In this document: one piece after another, positions 45,671 to 56,167 of the stretch
Numbering within the stretch: the stretch's first letter is position 1
Layout of the letters: every line of letters begins with the position of its first letter
Origin: Gelidibacter sp.
GTDB lineage: Bacteria; Bacteroidota; Bacteroidia; Flavobacteriales; Flavobacteriaceae
DNA length: 64,000 bases
Reading direction: 5' to 3'
Assembly (NCBI RefSeq): GCF_039916245.1
Contig: NZ_JBDSLS010000108.1
Location: 1,230 to 65,229 of the forward strand
The notes under the pieces: model-generated
What the model saw: the letters and a program-made list of their open reading frames with translations, nothing else
Told to the model about the DNA's origin: nothing
Database searches by the model: none
Position numbers and translations under genes: made by a program

Positions 45671-45815
45671 ATGTGAAATATTAAAAACAGAATTAAGACC
45701 GCTTCGCTTTCAGAATATTGAATCAAGACAGGATCCGATAAATGTTATAGGTTTTAGCTTTTATGGCGACTATTGGAATTTGAGTATAAAAAATAAAAAT
45801 AAATAATAATTCATA

Positions 45816-47192
45816 ATGGAACCACTTCAAAAAGGAAGCAAAAAATTACTGAATGCCTGGGCGTTTTATGATTGGGCAAATTCAGTATATACGCTGACCA
45901 TTGCGTCTTCAATTTTTCCGATTTTTTATTCGTCGTTGTTCATTGCTGAAATTAAAAAAGTGGATGCTTTCGGTTTTGAATTTAAAAGCACGGCCCTTAT
46001 TACCTTTGTGACTGCTTTCACATTTTTGATCGTCGCAATTTCATCGCCTATTTTGTCAGGTATTGCCGATTATGTTGGCAATAAGAAAAGTTTTATGAAG
46101 TTTTTCTGCTATTTAGGCGGACTTGGTTGCATTGGATTATTTTGGTTTAGCCTCGAGAACATCCATCTTAGCTTGCTGTTTTACTTTATGGGCTTGCTGG
46201 GTTATTGGGGTAGTTTGGTTTTTTACAATTCTTATCTTCCGGATATTGCCTTTCCTGAACAACAAGACCGAATTAGCGCCAAAGGCTTTTCAATGGGATA
46301 TTTTGGAAGCGTGCTTTTATTGATCTTTAATTTGACAATGGTCATGATGCCTGAGTTTTTTGGCTTTGATGTTTCTGTAGCTCCAGATATTTTAGCAACG
46401 GGATCAGCAGCCGAAATTGAATTGGCAACAGAAGCAGCTAAAAATGCGGCATCTGTTGAAGCTATGAAAGTGTCCTTTATAACGGTAGGTGTGTGGTGGA
46501 TTTTATTTAGTCAGTACACTTTTTATATTTTGCCTAAAGGCGTTTCTAATGGGCATAAGGTTACTAAATCCATTGTATTCAACGGCCTAAAAGAGTTGCG
46601 AAACGTTTGGTTAGGCTTGACTTCTAATTTAAGGTTGAAACGTTATCTCGCTGCCTTTTTCGTTTTTAGTATGGCGGTGCAAACCATTATGTTGGTGGCC
46701 GTTTATTTTGGAGAAGAAGAAATTGCTTGGGTTGATAGTGGTCAAAAAACCATAGGTTTAATTATTAGTATTTTGATCATTCAATTAGTAGCTATTATTG
46801 GTGCGGTTTTAACTTCAAAAGCATCGGCTAAGTTTGGAAACATCAATACCTTGATCGCCATCAATATGATCTGGATGGGCTTATGTTTTTATGCCTATTT
46901 TATGATTACGCCCATGGACTTTTATATTGCAGCCATTTTCGTTGGTTTTGTGATGGGAGGCGTCCAATCGTTGGCGCGTTCCACCTATTCCAAGTTTTTA
47001 CCAGAAACAAAGGATACGACTTCCTATTTTAGTTTTTATGATGTCGCCGAAAAAATAGGAATCGTTATTGGCATGGTCATTTTTGCGACTATAGATCAAA
47101 TTTCGGGTAGTATGCGCAATGCGATTTTATTCTTGTTTGTGTTCTTTTTAGCGGGTATTATATTACTGTTTAGAGTGCCCAAATCAGAGTAA
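45816..47192 (+). CDS. MFS transporter (UMF1/Atg22-like)
   Basis: AWAFYDWANS, LSGIAD, FYNSYLP, GGVQSLARS; many TM helices. Confidence 0.88.
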   Translation: MEPLQKGSKKLLNAWAFYDWANSVYTLTIASSIFPIFYSSLFIAEIKKVDAFGFEFKSTALITFVTAFTFLIVAISSPILSGIADYVGNKKSFMKFFCYLGGLGCIGLFWFSLENIHLSLLFYFMGLLGYWGSLVFYNSYLPDIAFPEQQDRISAKGFSMGYFGSVLLLIFNLTMVMMPEFFGFDVSVAPDILATGSAAEIELATEAAKNAASVEAMKVSFITVGVWWILFSQYTFYILPKGVSNGHKVTKSIVFNGLKELRNVWLGLTSNLRLKRYLAAFFVFSMAVQTIMLVAVYFGEEEIAWVDSGQKTIGLIISILIIQLVAIIGAVLTSKASAKFGNINTLIAINMIWMGLCFYAYFMITPMDFYIAAIFVGFVMGGVQSLARSTYSKFLPETKDTTSYFSFYDVAEKIGIVIGMVIFATIDQISGSMRNAILFLFVFFLAGIILLFRVPKSE

Positions 47193-47273
47193 CCATTAAT
47201 AGTCAACTCTGTTTGTGGAATTCTTTTAATCACTAAGCTATGATTTGAAATCTATGATTTAGACTACTTACAA

Positions 47274-47987
47274 TTAGTTGCTTATACTTCCTGAACCCGC
47301 CACTTTGGAGTCTTCAGTTTTTGGGTTGCCTCTGTATTTAATATCGCCCGAACCTGTCACACGTGCTTTTAGGTGACCATTGCAAACCACTTTTGCATCT
47401 CCTGAACCTGTCACAGAAACATCGACATCAGTAGCATCCAAGTTAAAGCCTTTGTATTCTCCAGAACCAGAAACGCTTACGTTTAACGTGTTAGTCTTTC
47501 CTTTTAAATCCAATTCGCCAGAACCATTAACACCAGCTTCTATTGAAGTGACATCTAGGTTTAATTTTACATCGCCAGATCCTGTTACTGAAACTTTGAA
47601 ACGCGTGGTCGAAATAATGCCTTCATTCCAAACATCTCCTGAACCAGCAAGTGATACAGCACTGATGTCTTCAAAAGGAACCGTAATTTTAATGGTTTTG
47701 TTTCTGGAAGTTTGCAAACTGATATTATTTTCTGTTTTAATAGTCAAATTACCATTTTTGACTTCGGTAATAATATAGGGTAATAGATTTTCTTCACCTT
47801 CAATTTTAATCTGACCTTCTTTTCCAGAAACTAAAACATAGTCGAAAGATCCTGCAAAATTCACGGTATTATAATCGGAAGTGGTTCTGGTTACGGAAGT
47901 GATATTACCATTTCCTTTAATTCTCTTTTGTGCTTGAATAGTGCTTGCAACCAATAATGCTGCAATTAAAACGATTGATTTTTTCAT
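47274..47987 (-). CDS. DUF2807 / head GIN domain secreted protein
   Basis: Signal peptide; repeated GSG turns; IEGEENLL; ATG 47987 preferred because the 48005 ATG comes from a REP-like repeat. Confidence 0.85.
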   Translation of the reverse strand: MKKSIVLIAALLVASTIQAQKRIKGNGNITSVTRTTSDYNTVNFAGSFDYVLVSGKEGQIKIEGEENLLPYIITEVKNGNLTIKTENNISLQTSRNKTIKITVPFEDISAVSLAGSGDVWNEGIISTTRFKVSVTGSGDVKLNLDVTSIEAGVNGSGELDLKGKTNTLNVSVSGSGEYKGFNLDATDVDVSVTGSGDAKVVCNGHLKARVTGSGDIKYRGNPKTEDSKVAGSGSISN

Positions 47988-48000
47988 AATAGAGTTTTTT

Positions 48001-48061
48001 GTCATTTCCGCGAAGGCGGAAATCTTATTTAATTTTAGTCATTTCCGCGTAGACGGAAATC
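48001..48061. repeat. Two direct copies of a REP-like hairpin
   Basis: GTCATTTCCGCGAAGGCGGAAATC 48001-48024; GTCATTTCCGCGTAGACGGAAATC 48038-48061. Confidence 0.85.
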
Positions 48062-48066
48062 TGTTA

Positions 48067-49149
48067 TTAATTTCTTTTGAAGGTTACACTGCCGTAATCA
48101 GAAGTAATTTTAATGAGGTTGTTAGTGTTGGAGTTTCCATAATATCCTTGATAATACTTGTCAGAGGATTGTGTTTTTTGCTTGGTGAATTGAAAGTCTT
48201 CAGCACCTCTAAGCGAAGCGTATTCCAATGTGATGTCAAACCTAAATTGGTATCCAGAATCGTAACCGATAGTTACACCAGTATAATCGGAGTCAATAGA
48301 GACATTACCAGCATTGGCAGTCATTCGATCAATTTTTATGGAACCATAATCGGCGTTGACTTGGATATTCTTGTAAACCTCTCCGAAACGTGCCGTAAGA
48401 TAATCGCCTTTACCTTTTACATTATTTGCTTTGTCAATAGTTATGGAGCCATAATCACAGGTATAGCTGACTTCTTCAGCAATTTCTACGACTGACCTTG
48501 TGTAATCGGCATTGATTTCCAGGTTTTTTGTTTTTGCAACGGTAAATCCGCTATAATCGGCATTGATTTTTCCACTTTTAATGAATTCAAAATAGCTGTT
48601 GTTGGTATAATCAAATGAAATGTAATTATTGTCTGCCAACAATTCTTTGGTCGTAATCTTGCCATAATCACAGCTTATTTTTGCTTGGCCTTCCAATCGA
48701 TCCAAATTAATGCTTCCGTAATCATTGTTCAAATCGACACTATTGGTTATGGGCAACTTTATTAGGTAATTGATTTCCATATTGACATTGCTGTTTTTAC
48801 CCCAATTCCACCAAGTGTTGGAATTCTTTTTATTGAATACCGTTTTTGCAGAAACCAGGCTGGATGACGCTTGAAAATCGACCGTGATATCATTCAGTTT
48901 TTCTTCTACTTTTTCTAAACTATTACCGTTGGTTTTGATTTTCACTTCAATACTAATCGTGTTTCCCGAATAGGTAATAATATTAATGTTGCCATAACTG
49001 TTGTTGATTTTTAATAACGCCTCACGGTTTACGGAGAATTCTTTTTTAATGGTTTTTTCTTTCGTGTGTTTGCCCTGCCATCCAGATTCTGCAAAAGTTA
49101 AATGGGAGAGAAGAAGGAATATAACGAGAAAATTGAATTTGATTTTCAT
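48067..49149 (-). CDS. Secreted beta-repeat protein (DUF4097/adhesin-like)
   Basis: Signal peptide; recurring (N/D)YG(S/K)I motifs; in the ECF cluster. Confidence 0.7.
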   Translation of the reverse strand: MKIKFNFLVIFLLLSHLTFAESGWQGKHTKEKTIKKEFSVNREALLKINNSYGNINIITYSGNTISIEVKIKTNGNSLEKVEEKLNDITVDFQASSSLVSAKTVFNKKNSNTWWNWGKNSNVNMEINYLIKLPITNSVDLNNDYGSINLDRLEGQAKISCDYGKITTKELLADNNYISFDYTNNSYFEFIKSGKINADYSGFTVAKTKNLEINADYTRSVVEIAEEVSYTCDYGSITIDKANNVKGKGDYLTARFGEVYKNIQVNADYGSIKIDRMTANAGNVSIDSDYTGVTIGYDSGYQFRFDITLEYASLRGAEDFQFTKQKTQSSDKYYQGYYGNSNTNNLIKITSDYGSVTFKRN

Positions 49150-49159
49150 GGGTTTTAAT

Positions 49160-49714
49160 TTAAAGGGTCATTTGATTTTGTTTTACTTCTTTGAGTTGCT
49201 TTATGTCCTCAATTGTTTTTAAGACGTTTTCCAACAGCTCGATGCGGCTTTGGAAATTACTGATCATGGCATAAATGACGCGTTTGTCATTACCGCTATC
49301 TTTTAGGTCAATTTTAAGTCGTTCATAATTTTTTTCTAAGAGTTCCATTTGCTTCAAAGCATCTGAAACCATCATTTCATTCTCTGGACTGCGCTGATCT
49401 CTTATTTTGTTCAATTCAGAGGTAATCGCCGCAGTAAAAAAGTCTTTGGTTTGTGATAATTCTGGAGACACACTTGCCAAGCCGTTCTCTTGAGGTTTGT
49501 TATGTATGAAAAAGAACAAACCAAAGCATAAAACGATGGATGCTGCAATGGCCAAGAATGGCTTGTAAAAGGTGCGCTTTGGCTTTTTATCACTCACATT
49601 GCTGTTAGACTTTAGCCTGCCTAAAAACCGTTGCTCATGTCCATCTTCTGGCATTTCGTTGTCAAATTCATTTTCTAAATTCTTGAAAAGTCTATCTAAG
49701 TTGTCTTCTTTCAT
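49160..49714 (-). CDS. Probable anti-sigma factor (single TM)
   Basis: GHEQRF, TM LAIAASIVLCFGLFFF, helical C-terminus; directly after the ECF sigma gene. Confidence 0.65.
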   Translation of the reverse strand: MKEDNLDRLFKNLENEFDNEMPEDGHEQRFLGRLKSNSNVSDKKPKRTFYKPFLAIAASIVLCFGLFFFIHNKPQENGLASVSPELSQTKDFFTAAITSELNKIRDQRSPENEMMVSDALKQMELLEKNYERLKIDLKDSGNDKRVIYAMISNFQSRIELLENVLKTIEDIKQLKEVKQNQMTL

Positions 49715-49727
49715 TTTTTTTCGATTT

Positions 49728-50288
49728 TTAAAATCCGTCGACAAGCGTTAATTTTTGTCTCAAACTGTCTTTGGCTCTGGAGATCATGGTTCGGCAATTG
49801 GCATAACTAATATTCATAATGTCTCCAATTTCTTCATAATCATAGCCTTCAATTAAAAACAGAGTCAAGCCGATCCGGTAATTATCTTTTAAACTTTTCA
49901 TGCACTGCATGATTTGGGCGGCTCTGAGATTGTTCCATTCATAATCTTCTTCAACACCTTGTTCGTCTTCCACTCTATAAACGACATCATCTAAAGGCAC
50001 ATCTTTGTTTTTTTCATTTTTATGATAATCGTAAATACTATGATTGACGACAATCCGCTTTAACCATGGCCCAAACATCGCCATGTCTTTCAATGTGTCC
50101 AGCTTCGTAAAAGCCTTCAAAAATGATTCTTGCATGACGTCTTCGGCCTTAAAACTGTCTTTGACAATTCTAAAACTCGTGTTGTACATGGCTTTGTAAT
50201 ACCTGTTATAAACCTCCATTTGTGCACGTTGGTTACCAGATTTACATTGCTCAAGCAAGACTTCAATATGATGGTGGGTTAGTGACAA
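49728..50288 (-). CDS. ECF RNA polymerase sigma-70 factor
   Basis: AEDVMQESFLKAF, WLKRIVVN (region 2), EGYDYEEI, SRAK (region 4); TTG start. Confidence 0.92.
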   Translation of the reverse strand: MSLTHHHIEVLLEQCKSGNQRAQMEVYNRYYKAMYNTSFRIVKDSFKAEDVMQESFLKAFTKLDTLKDMAMFGPWLKRIVVNHSIYDYHKNEKNKDVPLDDVVYRVEDEQGVEEDYEWNNLRAAQIMQCMKSLKDNYRIGLTLFLIEGYDYEEIGDIMNISYANCRTMISRAKDSLRQKLTLVDGF

Positions 50289-50309
50289 AAAACAATTACT
50301 TTGATATAA

Positions 50310-50336
50310 AGATGAAGTTATTTAAACTTTGTTACA
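50310..50336 (-). promoter_or_regulatory. Candidate ECF-type (autoregulatory) promoter
   Basis: TGTAAC-N16-CATCT on the minus strand, about 20 nt upstream of the sigma start. Confidence 0.45.
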
Positions 50337-50350
50337 GTTTGTAAAAAAAT

Positions 50351-50479
50351 AAAGACAAAAGATACAAGAATATAGAGAAAAGAGTGATGTCAGCAGATAA
50401 TCGAAGACAGATGACGGAAGACAGATGACCGAAGACAGATGACCGAAGACAGAGGACCGAAGACAGAGGACTGCTGACT
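50351..50479. repeat. Solo heptamer tract (7 + 11 units)
   Basis: AAAGACA AAAGATA CAAGAAT ATAGAGA AAAGAGT GATGTCA GCAGATA, a 3-nt offset, then (GAAGACA GAkGACn)x5 GCTGACT. Confidence 0.9.
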
Positions 50480-50661
50480 GAGACCTGCCGATTGAATACT
50501 AAGTCCCACAAACCAATTATGGCATAACTATTGAAAACATAGGATAGGAACCTTGATGATTTGTGAGTTAACCTTCTGGTTGTCAATGTTTGTTTTGATT
50601 TTATAGTAACGTTAAAAATAACATTGTGTTAATTTGATGACATAATGACCTTAAATATAAT

Positions 50662-53112
50662 ATGAAAGAATCTAATTTTTTAAGTCTTGACAGTTTGTCA
50701 TTTCAAGAGTTTGATGAAAACTCGGAGTTAATTCCATTGATGACACCCGAAGATGAAGAGCAAATAAATAACGAAGAATTACCAGCAACCTTACCTATTT
50801 TACCATTGCGAAATACGGTATTATTTCCAGGGGTTGTCATTCCAATCACTGCCGGAAGAGATAAATCCATTAAGTTGATTAATGAAGCCAATAAGGGCAG
50901 CAAAGTCATTGGCGTTGTTTCTCAAAAAGATGGCAGTATCGAAGATCCTGAAGGTAAAGATATTTACACAACGGGTACAGTGGCCAGAATACTTCGTGTC
51001 CTTAAAATGCCTGATGGCAATACGACCATTATCATTCAAGGGAAAAAACGATTTGAAATTGATCAGGTCATCACAGAGGAACCTTATATTACAGCAACCG
51101 TTAAAGATGTTGAAGAGGCGAAACCTGCTGAAGACAATGAAGAGTTTTCAGCGATTATTGAATCTATAAAAGATTTGGCGCTACAAATTATCAAGGAAAG
51201 TCCAAACATTCCATCAGAGGCGAGTTTTGCAATCAAAAATATTGAGAGCAATTCCTTTTTAGTGAACTTTGTATCGTCAAACATGAACCTTTCTGTTGAT
51301 GAAAAGCAAAAGTTATTAGAAATCAGCAACTTGAAGGAGCGCGCATTGGCGACCTTAAAGTTTATGAACGTCGAATTCCAAAAATTAGCTCTTAAAAACG
51401 ATATCCAGTCTAAGGTTCAGAGTGATATGAACCAGCAGCAGCGCGAATATTTCTTGCATCAACAAATGAAAACCATTCAAGAAGAATTGGGTGGCGTATC
51501 TTACGATGAAGAGATTGATGAAATGAAAGCGCTTTCAAAAACCAAGAAATGGGATGACAAAGTTGATTCACATTTTCAAAAGGAATTGATGAAATTGCAA
51601 CGGATGAATCCGCAAGTTGCCGAATATTCTATTCAAAGGAATTATCTTGATTTGTTTTTGGAATTGCCATGGAATAAATTCAGCAAGGATAAATTCGATT
51701 TAAAAAGAGCACAACGCATCTTAGATCGTGACCATTATGGGTTGGATGATGTAAAGAAAAGAATCATCGAATATCTTGCCGTATTGAAATTGCGCAACGA
51801 TATGAAATCGCCGATCCTTTGTTTATACGGACCTCCGGGAGTAGGGAAGACGTCTTTAGGAAAATCGATCGCAGAGGCTTTAGGTCGAGAATACATAAGA
51901 ATGTCCTTAGGTGGTTTGCGTGACGAAGCAGAAATCCGCGGACACAGAAAAACTTATATTGGAGCCATGCCAGGACGTATCCTGCAAAGTTTGAAAAAAG
52001 CTGGCACTTCGAATCCTGTGTTTGTATTGGATGAGATTGATAAATTATCCAACAGTAATCAAGGTGATCCATCTTCTGCGATGTTGGAAGTATTGGATCC
52101 TGAGCAAAATTCAGATTTTCACGATAACTTTTTGGAGATGGGCTATGACCTTTCCAAAGTCATGTTTATTGCAACGGCAAATAGTTTGAGCAACATTCAG
52201 CCAGCTTTATTGGATCGTATGGAAATCATTGATGTGACAGGGTATACCATTGAAGAAAAGGTAGAAATTGCCAAACGTCATTTATTGCCAAAACAATTGA
52301 AGGAGCATGGTTTAACCGAAGGGGACTTGAAAATAGCCAAACCACAATTGGAGAAAATTGTGGAAGGGTATACCAGAGAATCTGGCGTGAGAGGACTTGA
52401 AAAGCAATTGGCTAAAATGGTGCGCTATGCGGCCAAAAACATTGCCATGGATGAAGTCTACGATAAAAAGGTATCTAATGAAGTTATTATTGAAGTATTG
52501 GGTTCTCCACGAATGGAGCGCGACAAATACGAAAATAACAATGTGGCGGGTGTAGTGACAGGGTTGGCCTGGACACGAGTAGGCGGCGATATTCTATTTA
52601 TTGAATCCATTCTGTCCAAAGGAAAAGGAACCTTGACCATAACAGGCAATTTAGGAACGGTTATGAAAGAATCGGCCACCATTGCCATGGAATTCATCAA
52701 ATCCAATGCTGCCGAATATGGGATCGACCCCGAAGTTTTCGAGAAATACAATGTACACATTCACGTGCCAGAAGGTGCAACTCCAAAAGATGGGCCAAGC
52801 GCTGGTGTCACGATGTTGACCTCATTGGTATCCTTGTTTACACAACGTAAAGTGAAAAATAGTTTAGCCATGACAGGCGAAATTACGTTACGTGGTAAAG
52901 TATTGCCAGTTGGTGGTATTAAGGAGAAAATATTGGCAGCCAAACGTGCCCGCATCACAGAAATCTTACTTTCTGAAGATAATAGACGTGACATTGAGGA
53001 AATCAAACCTGAGTATTTGAAAGGGTTAAAATTCCATTATGTAACAGATATGAGTGATGTTATTAAAGAAGCACTTTTGGACGAAAAAGTCAAGAACGCT
53101 AAAACCTTATAA
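50662..53112 (+). CDS. lon: Lon protease (endopeptidase La)
   Basis: [39 protein letters not shown]. Confidence 0.97.
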   Translation: MKESNFLSLDSLSFQEFDENSELIPLMTPEDEEQINNEELPATLPILPLRNTVLFPGVVIPITAGRDKSIKLINEANKGSKVIGVVSQKDGSIEDPEGKDIYTTGTVARILRVLKMPDGNTTIIIQGKKRFEIDQVITEEPYITATVKDVEEAKPAEDNEEFSAIIESIKDLALQIIKESPNIPSEASFAIKNIESNSFLVNFVSSNMNLSVDEKQKLLEISNLKERALATLKFMNVEFQKLALKNDIQSKVQSDMNQQQREYFLHQQMKTIQEELGGVSYDEEIDEMKALSKTKKWDDKVDSHFQKELMKLQRMNPQVAEYSIQRNYLDLFLELPWNKFSKDKFDLKRAQRILDRDHYGLDDVKKRIIEYLAVLKLRNDMKSPILCLYGPPGVGKTSLGKSIAEALGREYIRMSLGGLRDEAEIRGHRKTYIGAMPGRILQSLKKAGTSNPVFVLDEIDKLSNSNQGDPSSAMLEVLDPEQNSDFHDNFLEMGYDLSKVMFIATANSLSNIQPALLDRMEIIDVTGYTIEEKVEIAKRHLLPKQLKEHGLTEGDLKIAKPQLEKIVEGYTRESGVRGLEKQLAKMVRYAAKNIAMDEVYDKKVSNEVIIEVLGSPRMERDKYENNNVAGVVTGLAWTRVGGDILFIESILSKGKGTLTITGNLGTVMKESATIAMEFIKSNAAEYGIDPEVFEKYNVHIHVPEGATPKDGPSAGVTMLTSLVSLFTQRKVKNSLAMTGEITLRGKVLPVGGIKEKILAAKRARITEILLSEDNRRDIEEIKPEYLKGLKFHYVTDMSDVIKEALLDEKVKNAKTL

Positions 53113-53116
53113 ACGC

Positions 53117-53142
53117 AACGGCAACAATTTGTTGCCGTTTTT
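53117..53142. terminator. Intrinsic terminator after lon
   Basis: AACGGCAACA-att-TGTTGCCGTTTTT. Confidence 0.75.
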
Positions 53143-53207
53143 GTTTGATTTAAAAATAAAGCAAACATATCAGCGTTTCAAGTAAGAAATATTACTTTTG
53201 TCATTCT

Positions 53208-54227
53208 ATGGCCAAGAGGATTACTGTTTTATTCTTTGTTTTTTCGAACATCTCAGTTTTCGCGCAACTTGGTGGCGAATCCACGTACCAGTTTTTAAAC
53301 TTGGTATCTTCGCCACGTCAGGCTGCATTAGGAGGAAAAGTCATTACTAATCTCGATTATGATGTGACCAGTGGCCTTTACAATCCAGCAACCATAAATC
53401 CTGAAATGGATAATCAATTGGCTTTAAACTACGCTAGTTATTTAGGCGGCATCTCTTATGGTACGGGCGCTTACGCCTATACTTGGGATCGGCACGTGCA
53501 AACATTTCATATTGGTATGACCTATATTAATTACGGTAAATTTGATGGATATGATCAAAACGGTGTTTCCACCGGAACATTTACAGGTAATGAAGCGGCG
53601 TTGTCATTTGGATATGCATTGCGTATTCCGTATTCTGATTTTTATGTTGGTGTCAGCGGAAAATTGATAACCTCAAAATTGGAGCAATACAATTCCATTG
53701 GCGGTGCGATTGATGCTGGAGTCATGTATATTAATGAAGATCTCGATTTTCATGCGGCCATATCTGTTAGGAATTTTGGAACGCAGTTTACGACTTATGC
53801 GGATCTGCATGAGAAATTACCACTTGAAGTCAATTTAGGACTTTCTCAAACCTTGCAACATGTGCCATTAAGATGGCATCTTACGTTTGATAATTTACAA
53901 CAATGGCCCATAGGCTTTTCTAATCCAGCCAGAGCAACCACAGATTTAGATGGTATCCAGACCCAAGAAAAAGTGGGGTTTTTAAATGAAGTCATGCGTC
54001 ATACGATTATTGGTGCAGAACTTTTTCCTGACCGAGGATTTAATCTGCGGTTGGGATATAATTTTAGACGTTCAGAAGAGCTTCGCATTGTGGATCAACG
54101 CAACTTTTCAGGACTTTCCTTTGGAATTGGCATCAAACTCAATACAATGCGTTTCAGTTATACACATGCGCGCTATACGAGTGCATCAAATACTAGTTTT
54201 TTTGGACTACAAATAGATTTACGATAA
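53208..54227 (+). CDS. porQ: Type IX secretion system protein PorQ
   Basis: QLGGESTYQFLNL, SPRQAALGG, YNPA, GFNLRLGYNFRR; next to cmk; -7 TACTTTTG 53193-53200. Confidence 0.8.
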   Translation: MAKRITVLFFVFSNISVFAQLGGESTYQFLNLVSSPRQAALGGKVITNLDYDVTSGLYNPATINPEMDNQLALNYASYLGGISYGTGAYAYTWDRHVQTFHIGMTYINYGKFDGYDQNGVSTGTFTGNEAALSFGYALRIPYSDFYVGVSGKLITSKLEQYNSIGGAIDAGVMYINEDLDFHAAISVRNFGTQFTTYADLHEKLPLEVNLGLSQTLQHVPLRWHLTFDNLQQWPIGFSNPARATTDLDGIQTQEKVGFLNEVMRHTIIGAELFPDRGFNLRLGYNFRRSEELRIVDQRNFSGLSFGIGIKLNTMRFSYTHARYTSASNTSFFGLQIDLR

Positions 54228-54255
54228 TTTAAATAGATTTCCGTTTCCACGGACA

Positions 54256-54951
54256 ATGAATATGAAAAAGATTACGATTGCCATTGATGGCTTTTCATCC
54301 ACAGGAAAAAGTACGGTCGCCAAACAATTGGCCAAAGCTTTAGGATATGTTTATGTGGATACTGGTGCCATGTATAGGGCGGTGGCCTTGTATGCGATGC
54401 AAAACCAACTTATATCAAATGATCATTTTGATGTTGAAAAGTTAGTTTCAGTATTAAATAAGATAAAAATCAGCTTCAAATATAATGACATCTTAGGTTT
54501 TGCAGAAGTATATCTGAATGGAAAAAACGTTGAAAAAGAGGTGCGAACTTTGGAAGTATCACAAAGAGTCAGTCAGGTGGCTGAAATTTCTGCAGTACGA
54601 AAAATGTTAGTCCAGCAACAAAAGCAAATGGGGCAGGAGAAAGGTGTGGTTATGGATGGTCGTGATATCGGCACTGTAGTTTTTCCTGATGCAGAATTAA
54701 AGTTGTTTATGACCGCTTCCACAGAAACAAGAGCCGAAAGACGCTATAAAGAGCTGATTGAAAAAAATGAAAATGTGAGTTATGAAGATGTTTTGCATAA
54801 TGTCGAATCCCGGGATTTGATTGACTCTACAAGAGAAGATTCTCCATTGGTGAAAGCTGACGATGCTATTGAAATTGATAATTCTAACTTGTCTTTGGAT
54901 GCGCAGTTTGAGAAACTATTGGTTTTGGCACAAAATAAGATAAGTGAATAA
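54256..54951 (+). CDS. cmk: Cytidylate kinase
   Basis: IAIDGFSSTGKST, DTGAMYRA, MDGRDIGTVVFP. Confidence 0.95.
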   Translation: MNMKKITIAIDGFSSTGKSTVAKQLAKALGYVYVDTGAMYRAVALYAMQNQLISNDHFDVEKLVSVLNKIKISFKYNDILGFAEVYLNGKNVEKEVRTLEVSQRVSQVAEISAVRKMLVQQQKQMGQEKGVVMDGRDIGTVVFPDAELKLFMTASTETRAERRYKELIEKNENVSYEDVLHNVESRDLIDSTREDSPLVKADDAIEIDNSNLSLDAQFEKLLVLAQNKISE

Positions 54952-54972
54952 TAAGTTGGATTGGATTTCTCT

Positions 54973-55412
54973 CGCAGAGGCGCTAAGACGCAAGAGTGTT
55001 TGTCGTGAAAAGGTTTTTTTGGGTAGTTGTGATGCGTTAATTTGAAGCTTAGTCAGTTTTTTTTCTCTCTGAATCTCTGTGGTATCTTCACGTATCTCTG
55101 TGTAACATCACATAGTAATTCGTGTAAATCCGTGAAATCTGTGTCAAAAAACTTGTATTATCAATGTTCCATAGTGTTTTTGTAATTTCATCTATTGAAA
55201 AGCTATAACTCAAAGTTCCACAATGAAGTCACAAAGGTTCACAATGGAATTTTTAGAGAATCAGTGAATTTCACCCAAAATCAGTGTCATCAGCGTTCTA
55301 TCTAAAAATATCAAATAATCAAAATCCAAATTCCAATAGGATTGTTCGAATTAATTCATGCAATAATGAGATCAGTGAATTTCACCCAAAATCAGCGTCA
55401 TCAGCGTTCCAT
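54973..55412. repeat. Mosaic of at least five short-period repeat families between convergent cmk and LysM genes
   Basis: CGCAGAGGCGCTAAGACGCAAG; CTCTGTG units; TTCGTGTAAATCCGTGAAATCTGTGTCAAAAA (reverse of the CACGAATTT element); CACAA units; AATAATC AAAATCC AAATTCC; a 39-bp direct repeat at 55260-55298 and 55371-55409 (1 mismatch). Confidence 0.75.
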
Positions 55413-55452
55413 TCATTATGATTAGGTGTGCAAACCAAACCATTACATATAG

Positions 55453-55478
55453 AAAAACGACCCAGAAGGTCGTTTTTT
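55453..55478. terminator. Intrinsic terminator after the LysM gene
   Basis: AAAAACGACC-caga-AGGTCGTTTTTT. Confidence 0.7.
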
Positions 55479-55501
55479 CAATTAATAAATATACTGTGAT
55501 T

Positions 55502-55879
55502 CTATAAATTCGGAATAATAAGTTCTTGATCAGGATGAATTAAATCCGGATTTTTCAAAATATCTGAATTCGCAGCAAAAATCTTTTGATATTTAGTAGG
55601 ATCGCCATAATATTGTTTGGCTATTTTACTAAGAGTTTCACCTGATTTTACGGTATGTCTCGCAAAAACGGAAGTGTCTGCCACTTTTATATCTGCTTGA
55701 ATGTCCGATGGATTCTCACCGCCAACAGCTTTGATTTTATCCCACAAAAGATTCTTTTCATATTGATTCTTTGCAGTTCCCTTTATTTTTAAGACTCCAT
55801 TCTCTTCTGAGACATCCCCATTTTCAATGTTTAGTTGTTGTCCTAGGTCTAAAACACTTTGATACTTAGATTTTACCAT
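55502..55879 (-). CDS. BON-like + LysM protein (YgaU/Kbp-like)
   Basis: HTVKSGETLSKIAKQYYGDPTKYQKIFAAN; NPDLIHPDQELIIP. Confidence 0.88.
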   Translation of the reverse strand: MVKSKYQSVLDLGQQLNIENGDVSEENGVLKIKGTAKNQYEKNLLWDKIKAVGGENPSDIQADIKVADTSVFARHTVKSGETLSKIAKQYYGDPTKYQKIFAANSDILKNPDLIHPDQELIIPNL

Positions 55880-56167
55880 GATATTGAGTTTTTAAGATTA
55901 ATTATGTGTCTTGTAAATATAATATATTCGCAATCAAAACGATAACACTATCAATTCAAATTTTAACCAATATAAAAAAAACCTAATCCTCATGAATTTA
56001 GAGGTTTATATTTTTTGTAAATAAGAAAATTATATTGTATTTTTGCACTCCTTTTAGCGATACCTGTGGAAGATAAAAGGAATGAAACATAAAATTATAT
56101 AACACTTCTGTGTGTTAGTCGCATAAAACTTCCTAAAACACCCAGAATACAAATTAGTATTCAGCAA

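Noticed and set aside
50403-50472. CRISPR array
   Set aside because: The 14-nt units are contiguous with no unique spacers and there are no cas genes. The same applies to 4150-4226 and 13946-14275.
50332-50586. ORF-track 84-aa minus-strand ORF
   Set aside because: It is a translation of the heptamer tract (SSVLCLRSSVFGHLSSVICL). ORFs 1341-1535, 8726-8911 and 59152-59364 are likewise repeat artefacts.
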